DNA of 64,000 bases from Ptychomitrium polyphyllum. Its lineage: Eukaryota. Below are positions 37,455-51,400 of the stretch, in pieces (position 1 is the stretch's first letter; the number at the start of each line of letters is the position of its first letter). The stretch is from contig OZ316775.1 of NCBI GenBank assembly GCA_973851085.1, positions 11,842,001 through 11,906,000 on the forward strand. Reading direction: 5' to 3'. Below the pieces are notes generated by a model that saw nothing but the letters and a program-made list of their open reading frames with translations, did not search any database and was not told where the DNA came from. A program made the translations under genes and the position numbers.

Positions 37455-40400
37455 TATAAATTATTTTGAGTGAAGATCTCAAACGTAGATTCCATGATTG
37501 CTTTGAAGGACGAAGCCCCTCGAAGCCATTTTGTGCTCTGGCTCACTTAGTATTTGCAACTTTTACCACTATTATATACATTTGTTGGCAAAACAGGTCT
37601 CCATTAAAGTCTGTTCTGAAACTTTCAAAACTGATTTCAGTCGGAACTCAGTCTCTGAGCTCTTACTATGAACACGTGGACCTTGTGTCATTTGAAGGAT
37701 TGATTCGCTCTCTACCATGCGGTGAATATAGTATAGACCACATTTCCATACGGAGACTCAGTTATCACACAGCCGACGACAGGAGAAGACTCATGGACTA
37801 GCAATTGTTAGCCTCTGCTTTGGTTCACTTTATCTTGTCACTTCCGACTCTGGAAGTTATAAGAAACAGCTGAGATATGTATGGACACCTAGTACACAAA
37901 ATTTTGTCATAAGCAAAAATTGCCGGGTTTTGAGTTGCTGGCAAAGCAACAGAAATCACTATAGCAAGGTCATATATTGTAACACTGCTCATCGGTCCAT
38001 CAACGCATCCAAAGTCGCTCATGAGAGTCCCCAAAAGATCATGGACTGTTTTTGAAGGAGGATGTTGAATTTACAATTTGCTTGGGACGGCGTGGTTGCA
38101 AAGATAAATTGATGGTGAGCAGCAGTGAGTCTAAAATTTGGAACTCTTTTATGAACGTTCAAACTCAAAGTAGCCAAAATGTAAATACAATAACTTCGAA
38201 TTTTTTAATTTGACACAAGAATTTTGTAATAATCATTAATCATTATATCAACAAGGAAATAAAGGAGGAAAAATTTCAATTATAAGGCAAGGTTCTTTAC
38301 CATTTTACAAATAAAAATGAGAGCAATAAGTTGAGGGAATATGGGGATTACTACAAAGATTGTTATTGCAAGAAATTGCAGTAATGACTTGCAAAAGAAA
38401 AGTATTTGTTAAGTAGGTTTAAAAAACACAGAATGTTAAGTGTAATATGTAAATGGAATTACACATAACACCAAAGCTATCAACATTTTAGAGAATGAAT
38501 GGTAACTGAAATGAGACTTACTTCAGTTGGCATGAAGTACTATGTTTGAAGACCTCTTTATCAAAATCTTATTCATCTAATTTTGAATTCTACAATGGCT
38601 CTTTTAATACAAGTAAAGGCAATGAAACCTTACACTTCATTGGTTCCAAGAGTGCCTTATAAATTTTGGGTCTTTTTAAAAAATTACAACATTTTGCCCA
38701 ACATTTCTATACAGTTGTTCCATTTGAAGCTAAGACGTCAACTACAACATTTTTGATTTCATTGGCACCTTCAATGAGGCATTTTATGAATTTAGGATCC
38801 TTCTTGTGTACAATTTTTTATAAAACAAGGATCTTCTTTATAGAAACAAAACATCAAAGTTGAGCCTTTGGAATTGTGAAATTGTAAAAAAATTTGTTTG
38901 AAAGATATTAATATTAACTTTCTGAAATGCAAAAATCCTAAACATGGGTCAAAAATTAGAACCTAAGGAATAGATAAAGATAAGAATAAAGAACATATTT
39001 GTACTTTCTTCTTTTAAATTTCCTTGATTTGATGAAAAGTGTAGGTGGTTGATTTTTATCTATATACATTTTTCTATAAAGCCAAACTTCTTTGAGTACT
39101 TTGAAGTCTAAGCATATTATAAAGGACATGAAAAACAAAAAACTAGGTACGAAGTGCTTTTAATAAATAGTTGTTGAGGAACTATTTAATAATAAGAATT
39201 GGTGTATGATTTATAATAAGGCAATATAATGAATGTGTTCCACAATTTGTATTGGCAAAATTGTGTTATGAATATAAGAAATAAGAAGTAGATGTAAAGT
39301 GGTTTTTAAGAATTAGCTATTGTAGAGCTAATGATTAACAAGGATTGATACAAAGACTAGAACAAGGGCACAACACAAATATGATCTACAACTTGTATTG
39401 GCAAGACCAAGGCATATCTTATCTTGCTTCCTATTTATACTATGACGCTTGTATTTTCTAGGAATTTTTTGAAGAAGCTTTCTATGAAGCTTAAAAATAT
39501 TCTAGAAGTCTATAAATTCTTCTTAAGAAGTTTCTTAAAGAGATGGAATGGTTATTGAAGTATTGAAAGGATTCTAAGAAGCTATTGTAATGTACCAAAA
39601 GGTTCTAGAAGATTCTAAACATTTAAAGATTATATTGCATAATCTATGTCTGTGACATCACTTCTTCTTTTAGTGACAAGTCTTACAAGGAACTCTTGTT
39701 ATGGCTTACTCTTCATATCTCTGGAAGTTCAAGAATTTATTGGAGAATAGAAGCAACATATTCTGCTTGTTGTTCTTTGTCTATTAACTCAACCAGTCCT
39801 TGCAAAAAATGTCGGTAACTATCAACCAAGATTCTATTGTTGAAATGTTCCAACCTATAATTTGATCTTTATTAAGCCTTTTAAAACATCCTCCAAACAT
39901 AATTTTTGGTCCTCCAAGAGTGACTCTTTTAATTTCTAATAAAATGACTAGAGCTCAAATATTTGAATTAAGACTAGAGTATAAATGATAACTTGCTAAT
40001 ACTTCTACATGTCGTTGCACTTGATGTTGGAGTATCTTTGTCATATTGTGCCTCATATATCCTAGTGCTGAAGGTTGGAAAAGTTGAGTTGGTTCAATAA
40101 GAGTTGCTGTTAGAAATTGCACAACCAACTTTTTTTACGTAAATCCATAATGATACAAAGATTTGACATATTAATTAAGATCTAAAGATGATCTATCTTG
40201 GATATATGGCTATATGCAATTGAAGGTTGGATATTAATCTCTCCTTCTTATACTTATTTATGGAGAATTCTTCTGCATGAAGTTAATACTATTAAATTTT
40301 CATAACACATCATCAATGACTTGATTTTTGACGATATCTTTAATGGAATTTGCATACCATCTCAAATTTATTTGTCATATTTGTTGAGAATTCCCATATT

Positions 40401-40629
40401 TGGTCATTGATGCTATATCCTTGCTAATGCATAAAGTATTCTACATGTTCATTTTTGATGCGTGAATCTACCATCTCTTCAGCTTAATATTCCATTTCAT
40501 TGTTGATTTTTATTGGAGGACGCAAAGAAATTCCTTCTTCTTAGATACTTGCTTTATTATAGGATACCAACAAAGACATATGAAATACTAGATGAATTTG
40601 TTTGGTTGGTGGTAGTTTAGGCAATAACT

Positions 40630-42300
40630 AACCTAATATATTTGTTTGATTAGGAGGTTTAAGAAGGCTAAATAAGCTTCCAAGGAAGTTATCTTGGCTA
40701 AGCTTTTAAGGAAACAATTAGAGGTTGTTTGAGTATAAAGTAATATAATAGAAGCTTCTTATGAAGCTTCTAAGGATTGTAATTCTAAAATATATAGGAG
40801 TTGAGGCTGAAGGAATCTTCAATCTTGACAATACATCTCTTATAGTTTAGCTAAGACCTCATAACCTTATTTTTGTACCTTATTATAGCTCTTTCCTTCT
40901 AATATACCTTGGACATTTCTTATTCCATATCCTAAAGTCCTAAAATTTGGTCTTATTGTTACTTTATCCGCAATAGTTTATCAAAACTATCATATAATAA
41001 TATCAAAGCTTGCTCTTTTTTGATAGCAAGCAAATCATCTTTTGTTTTGGAAGTACTATAGCACTTTAGAGATTGCGGATTATCGTCTTTTAGACTAATA
41101 TTGCCTCTTAAATTATATTTAGTTTTTTATTTATTTAGTAGTTATTATTTGTTTTTATTTTATTTCCATGTTAGGAGGTAAAGAGGTCAATATGACTGAT
41201 TAAAAAGAAGCCAAATTAGATTTGATTATAAATGCTTTTGAAGCATTAAAGATCAAGACCAAAACTTTATCCAAGCTAAATGAAGAACTTTATTTGACAA
41301 TACATAATAGTTAAGGAGTAGAAGTACCTCAATTTCTACCTTGACTCTCTCTAAGTGTTCCATCACCTAGACTTGCATTAGTAGAAGACGCACATATTCA
41401 AGCTAGCAATTCAATGTTGATAGCACAAAAATCAAGAATCAGCTTTCTAAAGAAATTAACAATACATGTTAAAAATTACGAGGGATTGTAAACCAAATTT
41501 AGCTTGTTACTTTGTTCCAATCTTAGTAATATTCTACACATGCTTCACGCGTTGATTTGGTGGAAACATTGCTCTCAGGACAAGCATTGTGTTGTTTTGT
41601 ACCACTTTTTAATAAGAATTTTCCCATACTTAGCAACTTTTATGCATTCTTAGCTACATTTGCAAAGTATTTGGTAACCATGACAAGCTTTGTTCTTACC
41701 TACTAAGGTTTGTATTTTACGCCAACAACCACGTTTGTTGTCAATTTATCCATCATAATTTTAACAATTTGCATGCGACATCAATTAAACACAAGAAGTT
41801 TTAATGAGTTAGCTTCATTGGGGTGTATATGACAAGGTTAAAGATTTTTTGCTATCCATGTTAGATCCCTAGACACTTTGATGGGGCCATTACTCAAACT
41901 TTGAAGTACAATAACCACTCATTTTAACGTTGGCAAGATAATTAGGCTTTGATTACACACAGCCATGTATCAACTTCTTGATAGCCTCGGTTCCATCTAC
42001 CTTTAATAAGTATTTGGAAGCAAAAGTCATGTAAAATGATGTGGTTTGTTTCAAATCCCTTACCAAACATAAGAAGAAGCGTTACAAAGAATAAAGTTTG
42101 TGTTTGTATTATGGAAAACTTGGCCACAAAGTTGACAATTGCTCAGAGAAATCCCTATGTACATATCGGATGACAAGTACAACGACATCATTGAATGCTT
42201 TGTAAAAAAACAAGAATGTCTAGCGATAATAGGAATTGTGCGGTTGATTGTGCTTTCTTCCCAAAAAAAAGAGGTCATGTCCTATTAGCTCACTTTTGCG
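40630..42300 (+). mobile_element. Truncated Gypsy fragment (5' LTR, degenerate tRNAiMet PBS, gag), related to 50777-62027
   Basis: LTR-like sequence parallels 50800-51150; degenerate PBS taatatcaaagc at ~41000. Gag 41168-42230 is collinear with 51316-52198 plus 57423-57600 and includes the CLYYGKLGHKVDNC knuckle. Boundaries approximate. Confidence 0.7.
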
Positions 42301-43879
42301 TTGCTGAAAAATGCATTGCATTATTATTGGTAAACTTTGCCAAAGGTAAGAAGTACATTTAATCGCCTTATTGGTAATTTGTGCTGCAACAATAAATATT
42401 GATCCAAAATTTTATTCACATTCAATTTAACCATTAGTTTGCGGATGATGTGCTGAAGAAAGATTGATCTCCATATGCATCAGCCAAAATAGATCCTTTC
42501 AAAAGTTGGAAATGAATTGCAGCCTTCAATTAGATATAATATCATATGGTAGACCATGTATGCAATAAATTTAATATGGAATAACTTAGCAATTTTTTTT
42601 TGCGTTATTATCTTGTTTCATAGAATGATATGCGCCATCTTGGTAAATTGATCTACCACTACTAAGATAGAGTCTTTAAAAACAAAATTAAGAAGGTCCA
42701 TAATAAAATCTATTGACATTGACAACCATGGATCCTTTGGGATTGGAAGAAGATGGAAGAGACCATGAGGTTGGTGTCTTGGTACTTTGGCTCTTACGTA
42801 ACTATTGCATGATCAAACAAAGTTCTTTCCATATTTTCACATTTGTGGCAACCAATATTCTAAATTAGTCCATTAATGCAACTCAATGGCGTAATTGTAA
42901 GGTCCGTGCTTTGGTATTATGTCTACATTTTTTTTCAAAGACGTCCTTATAACTTTGGTATTGATGAAATCTCTTGTATAGAATTAAACATTTGTATGGT
43001 TTAAATGACAGAGATCTATTTATTCTTTGCCGCTTTTATGAAAGCGTTAATTCTAATAAATGATGGTCAAATATTTCTTGTACCTTGACATCGTTTCTTT
43101 AAAACCACGCTATATAATTGTCAATAAAAAAAATTGGATTATATAATTTAAATTAAGAAGGCCAAGACAATAGGATTTTTTTGACATTGGATGATGTTGA
43201 AGACAATCTTAGTTGCTTAGTCTTTTAAGACAACCTCTAAAGGTTGAATTTCTCTGATAGCATTACAAGATGTAAGAAATTGTCCATTAATAACTTCAAC
43301 ATGTGCGAGATGGTTTTTGTTCACCAGCACCGTGTGGTATTTGGTTGCAAAATCTTTGTTCATGAAGCATGCTATTATACTAGTGTGCAAAATGTTGGAG
43401 ATTAGAGTTGCTCGTAGTATTTATGGTGGTATAAATAGTATTGTATTGCAATAGATATAGAAGGAGAGAAAATGGGGAGAAAAGGAGGAAAGGTGAAAGC
43501 TACTTAAGAGGTACATATATGGTACATGGTCAACGTGGTAGGACCAACCCATATGTCTTTTATGGAAAGGCAAGGACAAGTGGGTGTATGAGTTGGCATA
43601 AAGGAACTTGCAAGTGGCTTTGGAAAGCTACTTGCAAGATACTTGAGAAGGACCTTAAAAGGTGCTTGAGATGTCACTACGTAGTAGTATAAATAAAGGC
43701 ATTCGAGAAAAGGCAACATCTCACTCCAAGCATTGTTTGTACTACTTTGTGTGGTCCTATGCTTGTGCAATCTTCTTCTCTAATTCTAGTGACTTCAATA
43801 GGTTATGGGCCCACTCATGTGAGTTGCGAGTATAGAGTTTTTGTTGCAAAGTTGTTTGGAGGAGGTCTTTTGAGAGTTC

Positions 43880-43975
43880 GAGGTGCACAAGGGCTGATTT
43901 GGAGCTTTGGAGGTGCACAAAGGCTCATTTGGAGTATTGGTGAGCACAAGGGCTGATTTGGAGCCGTGGAGGTGC
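43880..43975 (+). repeat. ~30-bp tandem repeat (about 3.5 copies) in the Copia-1 5' leader
   Basis: Unit gaggtgcacaagggctgatttggagctttg and variants. Confidence 0.8.
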
Positions 43976-44479
43976 ATTGGAGAATTGGAGACGGCTTGAG
44001 AAGGCATAAGGAGTTGGAAGAGCGGAGGTGGAGCACATCAATGCGTTTGAACCTTGTAAGTGTTCAATCCAAGTGGATGTGTTCAATTGCTCTTCAAAAG
44101 TGCTGATCTGAGTGAATGATGTGCTTAGATGCACATTGGAGTCTAGGTGGAGCTCTTTGATGTTGTTCAAGTCCATATTTGCATGTATGAGCAAAGAAAG
44201 GGCTGATTTGATTGAATGAGGTGCAAAGGTGTGCATTTGAGTCTAGGAGGAGTGGATTTGAGTGTTTGAGTTGTACCTTTGATCATTTGAGCTTAGAAGA
44301 GACTTGTTTGAGAAACTTGAGTGAATACTTGCACATCAAAGCCTTGTAGGGGCTGATGTGAGTATTGTAGGTGCTTGCAAGCACGTTGGAGCCTAGAAAA
44401 GGCTCAAGTTGAGTGATTGAGGTGCCTTAGTGCACAATCAAACCTTGGAGGAGTTGATCTTGGCCATTAAAACGTAGTC

Positions 44480-47400
44480 ATGGCCACATTTGAGAGTGAG
44501 AGTGCTAGGAGTATTGACAAGTTCAATGGGAAAACTTTGGCCTTTGGAAGTTCCGCATGGAGATGGTCTTGTCGTCCATGGACCTTTGGGATATTGTGGA
44601 GGAGACCGAGGAACCCCCCGCAAGTGATGAAGATCCAAAGGTGATAAAGGAGTGCAATTGCCGCGCGAAGAAGGCCTTGTCCGTCACTGGATTGAGTTTG
44701 GTGAATGCCCAACTTGCGCACATCAAGAGTTGCAAAGGACCAGCGGAAGCATGGAAGGCATTGTGCAACATCCATGAAAAAAAGAGTTTGTCCAATATCC
44801 TCTTTGTTTGCCGCAAGTTCTTCACCATCAAGATGAAAGAAGGTGATGACTTGATGGACCACATCAACCATGTAAGGGAGCTTGCAGATTAGCTCACATC
44901 CTTTGAGGTCCCCATGAGAGAGGAAGATGTAGTGATGACGTTGCTTGAGAGTTTGCCGCCGTCATTTGAGAACTTAATCATTGCCTTGGAGACGTTACGA
45001 TTGAAGGACCTCACCTTGGAGTTTGTAACGGCGAGAATGATGCATGAAGTGAACAAGCACAAGGAGAAGGGGAGCCATGGCGATGATGCAGCCTTATATT
45101 CAAAGCAAACCAAGGGGGGCAGCTCATCTTCACGTGGAGAATCAAGGTTGTGTTACAATTGTGGCAAGCCGGGCTACCTTGCACGAAATTGCACCAAACC
45201 AAAGAAGTGGGAGCGCAACAACGCAAACCAAGCAAAGGACAAGGAGAATGCCAACCATGCAAAGGAGGATGATGACTACGCCTTTGCTACTCAAGATGGT
45301 CCTCATTCCAAGTCCATGTCCGAATGGATCATGGATTCAGGCGCCACGAAACACATGACACCTCATAGGATAACATTCGATATATATGAGGTAATTAGTC
45401 CATGCAACGTGCATGTGGGTGATGATAGTGTTGTGGACTAGGTTCCATTGTTGTAGAAGTCTTTATGAGAGGCCATTCGAAGAAGGTCACAATCAAGGAC
45501 GTATTCCACGTGCCCAAGTTGCAAGCAAACTTGCTCTCGGTGAGCAAGCTTGTGTCAAGTAGATTGAAGATGCAATTCAATGTGCATGGGTGCACATTGA
45601 AGGCACCAAATGGCGATGTACTTGCGGTAGCCCCTTGTCAAGACAACTTGTACCAAGTTACCTTTACGAAGGTGCATGAGGCGGATGCGGCCAACATAGC
45701 ACAATTGTCAACAATAAGTGGTGCGATGGAGCTTTGGCATCGTCGACTTGGTCATTTGAATGTGAGAAGTGTGCGTTTTCTTGCAAGCATGGTAAGCGGC
45801 ATGACCCTTGGTAAGGATGAATCATCTATACCGTTTTGTGAAGGATGTGTGCAAGCCAAACAACATAGAGCACCATTTCCAAAGGATGGAGGTACGCGTG
45901 CTATAAAACCTTTGGAGATTGTGCATTCGGATGTGCGTGGCTCGATGAAGACCACCTCCATTGGTGGTGCAAGGTACTTTGTGACCTTCATTGATGACTT
46001 TTCGAGGAGGGTGTGGTTGTACACGTTGAAGACGAAGGGGGAGTGCCTTGAGAAGTTTAAAGAGTTCAAGGCACTTGCGGAGACACAATCAGTGCACAAG
46101 ATCAAGGCGTTCCGGTCGGACAATGGTGGGGAGTTCATATCCAAGGCCTTTCGACGCTTCTTGAAGAACCAAGGCATCGAGAGGCAACCATCAACACCTT
46201 ACACGCCAGAGCAAAACGGAATGGCGGAGCGTGCGAATCGCACCATTGTGGAGATGGCAAGAAGCATGATTCATGCTCAACGCCTCAAACTCTCGTTTTG
46301 GGCGGAAGCAATGTCTAATGCGGTATACATTCGTAATCGGTGTCCTACAAGGGCGCTTGTCACCGTTACACCACAAGAGGCTTGGAATGGCCGCAAGCCA
46401 TGCGTTGCACACATGCGGGTGTTTGATTGCATTGCATTTGCAAAGGTGCCAGATGCAAAGAGAAGTAAGCTCGATGCTAAAGGAACCAAGTGTTTATTTC
46501 TTGGATATTGCAAGGGAACCAAGGCATATTGCCTCATGTGTATTGAAACACGGAAGATCATTAGGAGTTGTGATGTATAGTTTGATGAGGATAGCACTAG
46601 CGTTGGTCATGGTTTGGAGATGAGTCCAAATGGGAGTAGTGATACGCCTTTGTTGGTTTTGGTGGACGAATCTTCCAAACCAACTCCCTCACACGAGAGT
46701 GATGATGATACCAAGAAGGAAGAGTCGGTGGACGACGAACAAGATGTAGCACCTTTACCAATATCCACACGAAGTGAAGGCCTAGAGGTCGAATCCAGAC
46801 AAGAACCTTGGTACCCAACGAGGGAACGACGTCCACCTAGAGAGTGGTGGAAAAACCACATCTTGCCACAACATGAAGAAGAACAGGCCAATGTGGCCAC
46901 TCTCGACGATCCATTGAATGTAGGCAAAGCAATGAGATCGGAAGATGCGAGCAAGTGGGAGGTGGCTATGCAAGAGGAGTATGATTCACTCATGGTAAAT
47001 GAGACGTGGGAGTTGGCTCCACTTCCAAAGGGTTGTAAGAGCGTTGGGTGCAAGTGGGTCTTTCGCACAAAGAAAGACGCTTCGGATGAAGTGGTACGCT
47101 ACAAGGCACGATTGGTAGCCAAGGAATTTTCTCAAGTTGCGGGAGTCGACTTCCTTGAGAACTTTGCTCCCGTGGCCAAGTTCAACACCATTCAATGCAT
47201 CCTTGCACCTAGAGCGGCGTTGAATTTGGAGATCCATCAAATGGATGTGAAGACCGCATTCTTGAATTGCGAGTTGGAGGAGGACATCTACATGAGTCAG
47301 CCGCAAGGATTTGAAGAAAAGGACTTTGAGCATTTTGTGTGCAAGCTCAAGAAGTCGTTGTACGGACTCAAGCAATTACCAAGAGCATGGTACCAACGGA

Positions 47401-48497
47401 TTGATTCCTTCTTCACCAAGGAAGGCTTCATAAGGAGCGAAGCGGATCATTCCTTGTACATCAAGCAAACGGGTGAGTACTTGTTGATAGTGCTCATCTA
47501 TGTGGACGACTTGATCATCTTGGCTAGCCTTTTGGCAAAGTTGGCATGGCTCAAGGCCAAAGTCAATGCGGAGTTTATGATGAGTGATCTTGGAGAGTTG
47601 ATGTATTGCTTAGGAGTGGAATTTGAGAGGGATCGCAAGTCACGCACCATCACCATGAGCCAAAGGAAGTACATCAAGGAGGTGCTCAAGCGCTTCAACA
47701 TGGAGGAGTGCAAGCCCATTGGTACGCCGCTTGATGTGAATGTCAAGTTGTTGAAGCTTTTGGTCGAGGAGTTTGAGGCCATCGAAGGTGAGATGGAAGG
47801 CGTGCCATACAAGTCTGGTGTTGGCTCATTGATGTATGCCATGGTGGCTATACGAGCTGACCTTGCGTTTGCAATGAGCATGGTGAGCCAATTCATGTCT
47901 AGGGCCGGTCCGGCACATTGGAGTGCGGTGAAGCGCATCATGCCATACTTACAAAGTACCATGGACTACAAGTTGTGCCTTGGTGGTAAGGAGCTTGCCT
48001 TGAGGGGATATTGCGATGCGGATTGGGCCGGAGATGCAAACGAGCATCGTTCAACAACCGGATACGTGTTTTTTATTGGAGTTGGTGCGATCTTGTGGAA
48101 TTGTAGGAGGCAATCTACTATTGCGTTGTCTACAACAGAGGCGGAGTACATGGCCACTAGCCAAAGCACCAAGGAAGCCATTTGGCTTCGAAAGCTTTTG
48201 GCGGATGTGGGATTTGTGCAAGAAGATGCCACAACCATCATGTGCGACAACCAAGGATGCATTGCACTTGCAAAGAACCCCACACACCACTCACGCACGA
48301 AGTACATCGATGTGCAACACCACTTCATTTGCGAGAAGTTGGAGAGCGGCGAGATAAGCTTGAAGTATTGCCCGATAGAAGACATGGTTGCTGACGTGTT
48401 GATGAAGGCACTTGCGAAGGATCGACATCAACGGTTGGCAAAGGAAATGGAATTGCGAGAAGGTAACCACTCGCAAAGTGGGAGTGTTGGAGATTAG
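44480..48497 (+). pseudogene. Disrupted Copia-1 gag-pol
   Basis: CYNCGKPGYLARNC, WIMDSGAT, WHRRLGHLN, RSDNGGEF, QMDVKTAFLN, YVDDL, YCDADWAG. Frameshift near 44530, stops at ~44890 and ~46578, break near 45440. The frame runs into the 3' LTR. Confidence 0.9.
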
Positions 48498-51400
48498 AGT
48501 TGCTCGTAGTATTTACGGTGGTGTAAATAGTATTATATTGTGGTAGATATAGAAGGAGAGAAAATGGGGAGAAAAGGAGGCAAGGTGAAAGCCACTTAAG
48601 AGGTACATATATGGTACACGGTCAACGTGGTAGGACCAATCTATATGTCTTACATGGAAATGCAAGGACAAGTGGGTGTATGAGTTGGCATAAAGGAACT
48701 TGCAAGTGGCTTTGGAAAGCTATTTACAAGATACTTGAGAAGGATTTTAAAAGGTGCTTGAGACGTCATTACGTAGTAGTATAAGTAAAGGCATTCGAGA
48801 GAAGGCAACATCTCACTCCAAGCATTGTTTGTACTACTTTGTGTGGTCCTATGCTTGTGCAATCTTCTTCATTACTTCTAATGACTTCAATACAAAAGAA
48901 CTTCACTATATTTTTCATTATCAAACAATTTGATTTTGATAAAAAATGTGAAGCAAGAAATAAGGGTTGAAGGTAGTAAGAGACCTTGATTTGATGATCT
49001 TTTCCTTTTGGTGTCCAATTGCATGGTTCCTACTGTAACTAGACAATCTTGTTTTTTAATTCAACAATTGTACTCCAAGCTTTAAAGGCAAATCTTTTGA
49101 TTTGGCAATCATGCACTTTATGTTCAGACTTGCCACAATATAAATATAGGTTTCTTCTTTAACTTTTTTTATTTTCTTGTAAAGTCAAACGTTTAAATTG
49201 GGCAATATTAATTTGTATTACTTTTGGTACTTTAGATTGGCTTTCTTATACTTTTAAAGAGGTGATTGTCATACTTAAATGTACCAATCTCTATTCTAAG
49301 CGTTGTTCTTGGCACCTTTCAAATAACCTATTGTCAAATGTTATTGTTTAAGTAATATATTTGTCCAACGTATCAATTCTTTGGTATAGTGAGTGGCAAG
49401 CCCTTCACATTTTCTTTCAAGAATTGCATAACCAAGGCTTTATCATTCCACTTAAGATTGCAAATTAATTGTCAAAACTTTGCAACATATATAACAACCA
49501 AGCGTTGTTTTTATTGTAGACTTTGGATTCTTGTTTCAACCACCCTCTTTCAATTGGTATCTCCAAATGAGAAGGTTCTTCAAGAATATGTTGCAATATA
49601 TATTCATGACACATATTATAGTCCATAATCAATAAAAATTGAAAAAAATATAGCACCTTTGTTATAAAGAACTAATGATGCAATAACAATCAAGCTTGGA
49701 AATTGATTTAATTTGAAAAAAATTTAATTAGGCTTACAGCTTGAAGAGCTTGACACCTAAAATATAAACATATTTTTTTTCTTTGGCATCTTTTTTAAAG
49801 ATTTAGAATATTAAATCCATGTGAGAAGTGACTCCAATGTAAAGAATTTATAAGCGCTTTTTAATATTATTTTCTAATACAATAGATTTTATTTTATATA
49901 AAATTTCTATCATCAAGATGTCCTTATGAAAATCAAGTAGCTCTAATACAAATAAAATGTTTCCAAATACTTCTACAATGGCAACATTCTTCATAAAAGA
50001 AATTATAACAAGGATGGTAGCATGAGCTACAACACTTTTTTGGAACTTCTTTCATTTGGCAATTGTGCAACCATCATCTTTTGCTAGTGTCTTTTGCTTA
50101 GTCTTGTAAGGACATGCTATCATTAACACAACCTTACCTTATTCTAGAACATTGTCTCTTAAATCTTTAATTGATCCATCTTTATTATCTAACTCAAAAG
50201 TTTTTTGCTTAGAAGAAATCATTGCAATCTTCCTTCCTTCTAGAAACCAACAATCTTTTCTTTTATGCCTATGTCCAAATCTCCTATGTTGTTGTTTGAT
50301 GAGAATGAAGGATTTAAAAATTTGTTCCATTTACAACATGAAGCTCATAAAAAGTGCCTTAATCTTCTAATATTGCACCAATTTGCATTTGATATATCTA
50401 GACATCAAAGTCAATTGAACAAATAAGTTTGTAAATTAAAATTTATATTGTGTTATAGATTAAGCATAATCATTCATTTATCTTTAATTGATTTAGCTAT
50501 AATATCCATCAATGGACAATAACAACTTCCATACACGTCTTATAACATTCATTATAATGGTACTCTCTAAAAAAAATTCAAGTCAGAAAGGGGTTCAATG
50601 TATGATAGATAATGACAACCTCTTAAAGCACAACTTATAAATATCATTGTTTTTTGGTTTCTAGAAAATAATTCAAATTAGAAAGAGAACTCATTGTACC
50701 AAGAACCATCAGCCTCCATTAGTGAAGACCCAATGCTTTTAAAAGAATCTTATTTAACAATCAATTAGATTCTTAGTGCCATGGACATACATATTAGAAG
50801 CATCTAGAAAGATTCTTAGAAGGTTTAAGAAGCTTTTAAAGAAGTTAATTTGACTTAGGAAGCTTCCAAGGAAGCAACTCAAGATTGCTTGAGTACAAAC
50901 TAGAAGCTTCTCAAGAAGTTTCCAAAGCTTGTAGTCTTAATATATATAGAAATCGAGGCTGAAGGGCTCTTTAATCTCAACAATGTATTTCTTGTGGTTT
51001 ATCTCAGACCTTCTGGCCTTGTCTTTGTACCATGTTATAGCTCTTTACTTCTATTATACCTTGGACATATCTTGTTCCACATTTTGCAATCTTGAAGTCT
51101 TGTCTATTTGTCACTCTATCTGTTACAATTTGTTGAGATTGTCACACAACAATATTAGAGCATGGTCTTCCTTGATAGAAAGCTGATCATTCTTCTTCTT
51201 GAAAATACTATACTACTCTAAAGGTTGCGGCTTACCTTCTTTTGAACTAATACTACCTAATTTTCTTTGATTTTTTGCATATTTTACAATTTTTATTTGT
51301 TTTTCATTTCATTTTTATGCAAGGAGGTGAAAAAGTCAATATGATCGATTAAAAAGAAGCCAAGTTAAATTCCATTATCAATGCTCATGAAGCACTGAGG

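Larger units (their letters stand above)
43393..48892 (+). mobile_element. Copia-1: full-length Ty1/Copia LTR retrotransposon (5.5 kb), TSD CAAAA
   Basis: 408-bp LTRs at 43393-43800 and 48485-48892 (about 26 mismatches by hand count). PBS 43801-43814; PPT before 48485. Domain order gag-PR-INT-RT-RH. TSD caaaa at 43388-43392 and 48893-48897. Confidence 0.95.
39270..49650 (-). mobile_element. Highly decayed Ty3/Gypsy chromovirus (minus strand), interrupted by a truncated Gypsy and by Copia-1; boundaries approximate
   Basis: Minus-strand PPT plus LTR start aagaagaagtga|TGTCACAGAC at 39657. Chromodomain relic (EEMVDSR..VEYFMH*QGY...WE) at ~40390-40485. Integrase relic (HQPHGL..LLPIPKDPWLSMSIDF) at ~42700-42790. 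Protease-site relic at the Copia-1 junction. Gag CCHC (LYCGKSEHKVHDC) at ~49105-49160. Confidence 0.7.

Noticed and set aside
43880..43975. 30-bp repeats as a possible CRISPR-like array
   Set aside because: Head-to-tail repeats without spacers inside a retrotransposon leader in eukaryotic DNA.
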